Virus record (IMG/VR): IMGVR_UViG_3300039367_000062
Coordinates: 1 to 5,437 of that record
Source of the DNA: a virus
Taxonomy: Duplodnaviria; Heunggongvirae; Uroviricota; Caudoviricetes
Length of the DNA: 5,437 nt
Direction: 5' to 3' (one strand)
The position numbers were made by a program, and so were the translations under genes. The notes beneath the pieces are model-generated. The model was not told where the DNA came from. It saw only the letters and a program-made list of their open reading frames with translations, and made no database searches. Of the stretch, positions 1 through 4,430 are shown piece by piece (the stretch's first letter is position 1; each line of letters starts with the position of its first letter).

Positions 1-314
1 TATTTCTCACGGATTACGGCGTCTATTTTTTCTTCCATCCGTTTATAGTCAGGAAGAAGGCGTTTCAGTGGAGCGGGAATATCCTGGCAATACGCTTCTG
101 TTGCATCATGCATTAACGCTTCAAAAGCAAATTCCTGCGGCACCAGCTGGCTGCAAAGCACCGCATGCTGGGCGACACTGTAGAAGTGTGAAAGATGTCC
201 TGCAAAGCGACAGATATTTGAAAGGGAAACCGCGATATCGTTAATCACGATGTCGTCTTTATTTATCTTGTCATAATAAAAATGCTTCCCGGAAAAAGTT
301 TTAATAAATGACAT
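1..314 (-). CDS. yfdR: HD-domain phosphohydrolase (YfdR-like), 5' part only; gene continues beyond window start
   Basis: Manual minus-strand translation from ATG at 314..312: MSFIKTFSGKHFYYDKINKDDIVINDIAVSLSNICRFAGHLSHFYSVAQHAVLCSQLVPQEFAFEALMHDATEAYCQDIPAPLKRLLPDYKRMEEKIDAVIREK, open to the window edge. It shows the H...HD metal-binding signature (GHLSH, LMHDATE). A GGAGA Shine-Dalgarno lies 5 nt upstream of the ATG. Not in the supplied ORF track because it is truncated. The symbol is from memory of the CPS-53 prophage HD protein and is less certain than the family call. Confidence 0.75.
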   Translation of the reverse strand, partial: MSFIKTFSGKHFYYDKINKDDIVINDIAVSLSNICRFAGHLSHFYSVAQHAVLCSQLVPQEFAFEALMHDATEAYCQDIPAPLKRLLPDYKRMEEKIDAVIREK

Positions 315-355
315 TTCGTTCTCCACTTTATATGCGCTGCACCGCTCTGAATTTT

Positions 356-400
356 GATTGCAGCAATCCAGCCCATTTGACATGGGATGATTGCTGCAAT
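356..400. repeat. Extended intergenic palindrome (nested hairpin) followed by a T6 tract
   Basis: GATTGCAGCAATC (356..368) pairs with GATTGCTGCAAT (389..400); inner CCCAT (372..376) pairs with ATGGG (382..386); loop TTGAC. TTTTTT at 401..406 follows on the plus strand and overlaps the rdgC-like stop codon. Confidence 0.4.
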
Positions 401-404
401 TTTT

Positions 405-1322
405 TTAAGTTGTTGGATTTTGGCTTTTATCTTCTTTGTAAGAAAGAAGGTCACACATCAAATTAACTACCTTGCTGAATTGGAAAAGGTCAGCGCCAGT
501 CTGATGACGCCACTGGAATGCTTTATCATCTTCATCATTAAATGTCTGAGATTGAGTATTGATGCGCGAAAAATGGAAATTTTCGGTAAGAATGAAGGTC
601 ACACCGCAACCGGATAACTCCATTTTATCAGCAGTGAAACTACTACTAAGGCTATCGGCCAGTTCGCTTTGAATTGACTCATGCTCAGCTGAGTAGCGAA
701 TAATTTCCTTTTGATCTGCGTAGCGCGATAGCTGAATATAATTTCCGACAGTGAATCCTTCAAATGCATTGGCTGCACCATTGATGTAGTTATTCAGGCG
801 TGTAGTCAGTCCATTCTTGATATCACTGATGTTGATTGTTTCTGTTTTCACTGAACCGACAACCTTAATCAGCATTGCGCATACCATACCGGCTATTATT
901 TTATTGGTTGTGTTGATTACCAATAATTTCTCATCAGTGCTGTACAATGCAAGAATCAGAGTAGACTTAACAAATGCCTGTTTGCATAGATCTACTCGTA
1001 CGTTATCAATAATGGCCAGTCGTTCGGCACGCTTTAATTTATTCCCGGACATATTTTCGGTTGTTTGGATTCGAGAATTAGCTTCTTTCATGACGACATG
1101 TCGGGGAATTATTTTCTGATCATGACGGATTACCATTGCGTACCCACCAGATATCGGAGTTACCAGTTCACCAGTGACAGGATTCTCTACAAAAGAGGAC
1201 CGTGAAAATTCTGTTTCCCCGATTTCAGAATAAGGGAGTTCGAGAAGATGACCTTCAATAGCCTGTATACTAGGTAATGTTGCTCGGTACACAATTGCGT
1301 TACGAAATTTTGGTAATTTCAT
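405..1322 (-). CDS. RdgC-family recombination-associated protein (phage type), about 305 aa
   Basis: Internal ATG at 1322..1320 of the 405..1694 ORF, preceded by GAGGA with 8-nt spacing. N-terminus MKLPKFRNAIVYRA matches the RdgC N-terminal pattern (F-x-N-x-x-VYR), and overall length is RdgC-like. The 124-codon in-frame extension upstream is the translation of the GC-rich noncoding island, not protein. Confidence 0.8.
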   Translation of the reverse strand: MKLPKFRNAIVYRATLPSIQAIEGHLLELPYSEIGETEFSRSSFVENPVTGELVTPISGGYAMVIRHDQKIIPRHVVMKEANSRIQTTENMSGNKLKRAERLAIIDNVRVDLCKQAFVKSTLILALYSTDEKLLVINTTNKIIAGMVCAMLIKVVGSVKTETINISDIKNGLTTRLNNYINGAANAFEGFTVGNYIQLSRYADQKEIIRYSAEHESIQSELADSLSSSFTADKMELSGCGVTFILTENFHFSRINTQSQTFNDEDDKAFQWRHQTGADLFQFSKVVNLMCDLLSYKEDKSQNPTT

Positions 1323-1357
1323 TCTATTTTCCTCTGCACAATGTATTAGTTTCTCCA

Positions 1358-1700
1358 CAAAACAGAGAAGAACACCTGCGGTGGCAGCCGCCCGGATGGA
1401 TTGGGTTATGAGCCCGTCGTCCGGTGATGCTCTTCTCTGTTTTGCAAAAAAGGACGGTACCAGCCGGAAGCAAGGGTACAAACTGGTACCGCCAGGACTA
1501 CACACAGCATAAAGTTGTGGTGCCGGGTGCCTCCCGGTGCCTGGCGAAGGTTGCACACCAGGCGGGTGGGTATCCACAGAAGGTCGACTGTCAGCCTCAA
1601 CCTTAACCCGCGTGCGCTGAGCCGCATTCACCACAACGCTAAGGATTCTCTCTGGTTGAAAATACTTAGCTGTTATGTGCCTGCTTTTAGCCACATCAGG
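1358..1700. other. GC-rich, ORF-poor structured island (candidate ncRNA or cis-acting RNA element)
   Basis: About 62% GC in sampled 60-nt blocks, visibly higher than the flanking genes. All six frames are open but give non-protein-like, P/G/R-rich translations. Perfect 13-bp inverted repeat CAAAACAGAGAAG (1358..1370) / CTTCTCTGTTTTG (1432..1444); 9-bp inverted repeat CGGTACCAG (1455..1463) / CTGGTACCG (1483..1491); GGTGCC three times in 1519..1541 with a CCGGG/CCCGG hairpin. Confidence 0.3.
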
Positions 1701-1739
1701 CGAGGTGGACCTGGTTATTCCCCAACAACAAGGATTCGG

Positions 1740-1762
1740 TTAATCTGGATATCCCCAACAAC
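1740..1762. repeat. Left arm of an imperfect inverted repeat flanking the 1779..2294 gene; also overlaps a 13-bp direct repeat
   Basis: TTAATCTGGATATCCCCAACAAC is the reverse complement, with a 2-bp indel, of the 2303..2326 arm; core ATCTGGATATCC is identical. TCCCCAACAACAA occurs twice in direct orientation (1719..1731 and 1752..1764). Confidence 0.5.
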
Positions 1763-1778
1763 AATAAGAGTATTCAAT

Positions 1779-2294
1779 GTGATCGCTGAATTAACGGCAG
1801 CAATGACGGCTATTCGTGAAACAGCCCAGATTGCAAAACTAATGAACGAGGCAAAAACTCAAGCTGAAGTAAATGCGGCTATTGGTGAGCTGAACTCAAA
1901 GCTTGCGTCTATTCAGCGCGAATGCGTGTCTCTCGTTGAACTGGTGGGCTCTTATCAAGAAATAAATGCTTCTCTCAAAGCTAAAATTGCAGAATTCGAA
2001 AACTTTGAGGCTCAGACGGAAGGCTATATCCTTAACCAACTTGAGTCGGGTACTTTTGTATACTCGAAGGAGGTAATCGTGAACGGTGGCAGCATAACCA
2101 TGCATCTTTGCCCAAAATGTTTTGGACAAAAGATAGTATCGATACTTCAACCATTCCCGGTTAGCAAAGATGAGCTTTTTCATAAAAGCAGGTGCCTCCA
2201 CTGTGAAAATAAGTTTCTGATGAATAAAAATCCGGATTACGTATCGCCTCCATCCATTGAGGAGTTGTCCAGAAAACTTAACGGCAATCTGTAG
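1779..2294 (+). CDS. Hypothetical coiled-coil plus C-terminal zinc-ribbon protein (about 171 aa); moron-like gene antisense to the early-left operon
   Basis: ORF 1515..2294; the upstream 88 codons are GC-rich and non-protein-like. Likely start is GTG 1779 (AAGAG 8 nt upstream) or ATG 1803 (no Shine-Dalgarno). N-terminal half is heptad-like (AKLMNEAKTQAEVNAAIGELNSKLASIQ...); C-terminal half has CPKC...(about 29 aa)...CLHC, a CxxC...CxxC ribbon. Codon usage is coding-like and AT-rich. Own terminator immediately downstream. Confidence 0.6.
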   Translation: MIAELTAAMTAIRETAQIAKLMNEAKTQAEVNAAIGELNSKLASIQRECVSLVELVGSYQEINASLKAKIAEFENFEAQTEGYILNQLESGTFVYSKEVIVNGGSITMHLCPKCFGQKIVSILQPFPVSKDELFHKSRCLHCENKFLMNKNPDYVSPPSIEELSRKLNGNL

Positions 2295-2302
2295 ATTGCT
2301 AC

Positions 2303-2326
2303 TGTTGTGGATATCCAGATTGTTAA
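2303..2326. repeat. Right arm of the imperfect inverted repeat flanking the 1779..2294 gene
   Basis: TGTTGTGGATATCCAGATTGTTAA; its reverse complement TTAACAATCTGGATATCCACAACA matches the left arm at 1740..1762. The GGATATCC core is itself palindromic. Confidence 0.5.
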
Positions 2327-2331
2327 AGAGC
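2319..2331 (-). promoter_or_regulatory. boxA-like antitermination motif on the leftward transcript (nutL-like)
   Basis: The minus strand reads GCTCTTTAACAAT, matching the rrn-type boxA consensus TGCTCTTTAACAA. It lies about 100 nt downstream of the pL-like promoter and directly after the 2333..2356 hairpin as read on the minus strand. Confidence 0.35.
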
Positions 2332-2332
2332 T

Positions 2333-2356
2333 AAGCGTCCTGTAGGGCGCTTTTTT
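2333..2356 (+). terminator. Rho-independent terminator for the 1779..2294 gene
   Basis: AAGCGTCC (2333..2340), loop TGTA, GGGCGCTT (2345..2352) gives an 8-bp stem with one G-U pair, followed by a T6 run at 2351..2356, 39 nt after the stop codon. Confidence 0.6.
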
Positions 2357-2436
2357 GTTGCTAATGAATCATCCTAGACTTCATATGCTCCAGGCGGCTA
2401 CTTCGTGGGCGTCCTGCCTGTTTGTTGTTTCTCTTG

Positions 2437-2450
2437 GGTACATTATGTAT
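2437..2450. promoter_or_regulatory. Operator-like site (OL candidate) overlapping the pL -10
   Basis: GGTACATTATGTAT matches 12 of 14 positions with GGTACATATTGTAT at 3262..3275 on the other side of the repressor gene, and contains the TACA/TGTA dyad. Confidence 0.35.
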
Positions 2451-2469
2451 CCCAAAGGCACATTGTCAA
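2442..2469 (-). promoter_or_regulatory. pL-like sigma-70 promoter driving leftward early transcription
   Basis: On the minus strand: -35 TTGACA (plus 2464..2469), 16-bp spacer, -10 CATAAT (plus 2442..2447). It sits immediately beyond the repressor-gene terminator and is overlapped by the operator-like site. Confidence 0.45.
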
Positions 2470-2471
2470 GT

Positions 2472-2496
2472 ATAAAAAAACCTGCCGAAGCAGGTT
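2472..2496 (-). terminator. Rho-independent terminator of the repressor gene
   Basis: Minus-strand RNA AACCUGC-UUCG-GCAGGUU (7-bp stem, UUCG tetraloop) followed by UUUUUUAUA, 13 nt after the repressor stop. Confidence 0.65.
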
Positions 2497-2508
2497 CATA
2501 AACATTGA

Positions 2509-3183
2509 TTAGGCTTTGATTTTGTATCTTCTTGGTTTTCCTGAGAAAATCACAGTTCCAATTATAGAGCAATTACCGTTGATCTTAATGTAAGGCTCAG
2601 GCCAGTTTGGGTTTAACGCTTTGAGATAACGCTGTGTCCCATCTTCTATCAACCTTTTGAAGGTGGTTTCACCTGTATCGTGCATCAATGCAATAACGTC
2701 GTCACCGTGGCAGGCAGGTACTTCAGGATCGACAAAAATCATGTCTCCCGGGCGGTACTCATCAATCATTGAATCACCTATCACCCGCAAGATATAAGTC
2801 ATTTCCCCACAGGGTACAGGGCAGGGATACGTTTCTGCTGTGCTCAAATCAACCTCAGAATATCCAACTTCTTTCCATGCTCCGGCCTGTACCCATGATA
2901 TGACAGGGACTAATGTGATTTGTTTATTAGTGATTGAAACATCAGGTTTTTTTGTGATGTTCGTTGTCTGGTGTTCTTGATCGAGCCATCCGACAGGCAG
3001 GTCGAAACATTTTTCGATGTGTCGTGCCATGCTGTCACCGATATTTTTAGTAGCACCATCTCCCATAAACCTGCTGGTCTGGGTTGGCTCGCGATCAATC
3101 ATAGTGGCAAAGGAAGAATTCCCGCCAACACCATCTCTCAGTTTTCTGGCGTTAGACCGCCGGATGTCATGGATTGTTTTCAT
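2509..3183 (-). CDS. CI-type prophage repressor: N-terminal HTH, C-terminal S24 (LexA-like) autopeptidase domain
   Basis: 224-aa ORF. C-terminal domain carries the Ser/Lys dyad signature (VIGDSM ... TTFKRL) typical of LexA, lambda CI and UmuD. N-terminal region is HTH-like (QTSRFMG...ARHIEKCFDLPVGWLD). It is divergent from the Cro-like gene, with operators between. Confidence 0.9.
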   Translation of the reverse strand: MKTIHDIRRSNARKLRDGVGGNSSFATMIDREPTQTSRFMGDGATKNIGDSMARHIEKCFDLPVGWLDQEHQTTNITKKPDVSITNKQITLVPVISWVQAGAWKEVGYSEVDLSTAETYPCPVPCGEMTYILRVIGDSMIDEYRPGDMIFVDPEVPACHGDDVIALMHDTGETTFKRLIEDGTQRYLKALNPNWPEPYIKINGNCSIIGTVIFSGKPRRYKIKA

Positions 3184-3189
3184 AACGAA

Positions 3190-3218
3190 ATTAAAACCCT
3201 TGTACCGTTAAGGTACAA
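3190..3218 (-). promoter_or_regulatory. pRM-like promoter for the repressor gene (possibly leaderless mRNA)
   Basis: On the minus strand: -35 TTGTAC (plus 3213..3218, inside the palindromic operator), 17-bp spacer, -10 TTTAAT (plus 3190..3195) ending 6 nt before the repressor ATG. No Shine-Dalgarno precedes the ATG. Confidence 0.3.
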
Positions 3219-3219
3219 G
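3199..3219. promoter_or_regulatory. Perfect palindromic operator (OR candidate)
   Basis: CTTGTACC-GTTAA-GGTACAAG: 8-bp perfect arms around a 5-bp centre, in the repressor/cro intergenic region, just upstream of the pR-like -35 and overlapping the pRM-like -35. Confidence 0.5.
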
Positions 3220-3223
3220 TATC

Positions 3224-3251
3224 TTGAAGGTTCATTTCAATCATGTAATAT
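3224..3251 (+). promoter_or_regulatory. pR-like promoter for the cro-like operon
   Basis: -35 TTGAAG (3224..3229), 16-bp spacer, -10 TAATAT (3246..3251); predicted transcript start just upstream of the GGAGG Shine-Dalgarno. Confidence 0.4.
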
Positions 3252-3261
3252 GTATACCGGA

Positions 3262-3275
3262 GGTACATATTGTAT
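3262..3275. promoter_or_regulatory. Operator-like site overlapping the cro-like ribosome-binding site and start codon
   Basis: GGTACATATTGTAT, a near-duplicate of 2437..2450; it contains the cro-like ATG. Confidence 0.35.
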
Positions 3276-3474
3276 GAAAGCGTATTGGGACTCTTTAACC
3301 AAAGAACAGCAGGGCGAGTTGGCCGGAAAAGTTGGCTCAACACCTGGCTACTTACGGCTGGTTTTCAATGGCTATAAAAAAGCCAGTTTTGTGCTGGCTA
3401 AAAAACTTGAGCAATGCACGTCAGGTGCAATTACGAAATCTGACTTAAGACCGGATATCTATCCGAAAGATTAG
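3274..3474 (+). CDS. Cro-like small HTH regulator (66 aa)
   Basis: Internal ATG of the 2971..3474 ORF, whose upstream part is antisense to the repressor gene. GGAGG at 3259..3263, 10 nt upstream. Protein MKAYWDSLTKEQQGELAGKVGSTPGYLRLVFNGYKKASFVLAKKLEQCTSGAITKSDLRPDIYPKD has a small HTH-like pattern, and the position is the first rightward gene divergent from the repressor. Confidence 0.75.
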   Translation: MKAYWDSLTKEQQGELAGKVGSTPGYLRLVFNGYKKASFVLAKKLEQCTSGAITKSDLRPDIYPKD

Positions 3475-3505
3475 CAGAACACTTTCAATTTTTAACCACA
3501 GAACG

Positions 3506-4075
3506 ATGAGGCTAATCGTGGGTAAGCATCACTGGAAAATAGAAAAACAGCCTGAGTGGTACGTGAAAGCTGTCAGAAAAACTATCGCGGCGTTGCCGGG
3601 TGGTTACGCTGAAGCGGCTGACTGGCTCGATGTAACAGAAAACGCTTTATTCAACCGCCTTCGTGCAGATGGCGATCAGATTTTCCCGCTGGGATGGGCA
3701 ATGGTTTTACAGCGTGCTGGTGGCACTCATTTCATTGCTGATGCTGTGGCGCAGTCTGCAAATGGCGTCTTTGTGTCTCTTCCTGACGTCGAGGATGTGG
3801 ACAACGCCGATATTAACCAGCGTCTGCTGGAAGTCATTGAACAGATCGGCAGTTATTCAAAACAGATTCGTTCAGCAATCGAAGACGGTGTAGTGGAACC
3901 GCATGAGAAGACAGCAATTAACGACGAGCTGTATCTCTCAATTTCGAAGCTGCAGGAGCATGCAGCACTTGTCTACAAAATTTTTTGCATTTCAGAAAGT
4001 AATGACGCCCGCGAGTGTGCAGCTCCGGGCGTCGTGGCGTCGATTGCTTCTGGTTGTGGAGAAACTAACGCATGA
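3506..4075 (+). CDS. CII-like / YdaT-like early regulatory protein (putative), 189 aa
   Basis: Second gene of the rightward operon, occupying the cII position. Alternative GTG start at 3518 has a GAGG 6 nt upstream. The functional assignment is positional and from weak family resemblance only. Confidence 0.65.
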   Translation: MRLIVGKHHWKIEKQPEWYVKAVRKTIAALPGGYAEAADWLDVTENALFNRLRADGDQIFPLGWAMVLQRAGGTHFIADAVAQSANGVFVSLPDVEDVDNADINQRLLEVIEQIGSYSKQIRSAIEDGVVEPHEKTAINDELYLSISKLQEHAALVYKIFCISESNDARECAAPGVVASIASGCGETNA

Positions 4076-4410
4076 ACAGTTTAACAACACACTACCGTCG
4101 CTCGCAACTGATTGCGCTTCCTGTACCGGGTGGAAAAGCGAAGGTGGAATATTGCTATGCAGTGAATGTACCAGGTGACAGGGAAATTGTAACCCACAGC
4201 TTTGCAGAGTGGGCTGTGGGGGATTTCAACCGGCAGAAGGAGACAGTCCTTTGCGACAAGTTAACCGCTGGTTCAAAGATCACTACGGAGTGCCCGTCAG
4301 AGTCATTCGTTGGGAACCGGAAACACAACGGGTTATCTACCTCCGCGAAGGCTATGAGCATGAGTGCTTCAGTCCGCTCGAACAGTTTCGTCGTAAATTC
4401 AGGGAAATAG
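4072..4410 (+). CDS. Hypothetical small protein; only the 5' part (4072 to about 4250) looks coding in this frame
   Basis: Its ATG overlaps the preceding stop (ATGA at 4072..4075), suggesting translational coupling. Codon usage is coding-like up to about 4250; after that the frame gives a Ser-rich low-complexity tail with rarer codons. Confidence 0.3.
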   Translation: MNSLTTHYRRSQLIALPVPGGKAKVEYCYAVNVPGDREIVTHSFAEWAVGDFNRQKETVLCDKLTAGSKITTECPSESFVGNRKHNGLSTSAKAMSMSASVRSNSFVVNSGK

Positions 4411-4430
4411 AGGTCGGTCATGAGCACTAA
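4251..4430 (+). CDS. Hypothetical small protein (about 59 aa) upstream of and overlapping the replication gene start
   Basis: TTG at 4251 with AAGGAGA 7 nt upstream (GTG 4209 is an alternative start). The translation ...[56 protein letters not shown] is protein-like with preferred codons. It overlaps the next gene by 11 nt. Confidence 0.45.
   Translation: MRQVNRWFKDHYGVPVRVIRWEPETQRVIYLREGYEHECFSPLEQFRRKFREIEVGHEH

Noticed and set aside
263-1119. ORFs 263..454 (minus), 387..617 (plus), 599..781 (minus), 817..1119 (plus)
   Set aside because: They span the intergenic hairpin or lie antisense or out of frame within the rdgC-like gene; no ribosome-binding sites and low-complexity or hydrophobic artefactual translations.
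1406-1627. Small ORFs inside the GC-rich island (1406..1627 minus, 1424..1606 plus)
   Set aside because: They overlap each other in several frames and have low-complexity composition; open frames are expected by chance in GC-rich sequence.
405-1694. 429-aa extended minus-strand ORF: RdgC with a 124-aa N-terminal extension
   Set aside because: The extension is a P/G/R-rich translation of the GC-rich island. The family-consistent start MKLPKFRNAIVYR at 1322 has a GAGGA Shine-Dalgarno, so the true CDS is 405..1322.
1358-1700. Retron msr/msd ncRNA, tRNA/tmRNA remnant, or self-cleaving ribozyme in the GC-rich island
   Set aside because: No reverse transcriptase gene is adjacent, no T-loop-like GTTCRANYC motif, and no hammerhead core motifs were seen. 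Only a 9-bp chance-level match to an IS1 end (GGTGATGCT). Left as an unclassified structured element.
1515-1778. Upstream 88 codons of the 259-aa plus-strand ORF 1515..2294
   Set aside because: Arg-rich and non-protein-like, overlapping the structured GC-rich island; the coiled-coil protein begins at GTG 1779 or ATG 1803.
1896-2201. 101-aa minus-strand ORF antisense to the moron gene, considered as a possible N-like antiterminator
   Set aside because: No arginine-rich N-terminal motif, and the sense-strand gene has the better codon usage and coherent coiled-coil periodicity; likely an antisense artefact.
2381-2572. 63-aa minus-strand ORF spanning the pL and terminator region
   Set aside because: It overlaps the repressor 3' end, its terminator and the pL-like promoter; there is no room for a gene here.
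2971-3273. N-terminal extension of the 167-aa ORF containing cro, and the 3017..3211 plus-strand ORF
   Set aside because: Both are antisense to the repressor gene; the Cro-like CDS starts at the internal ATG 3274 downstream of the promoter and Shine-Dalgarno.
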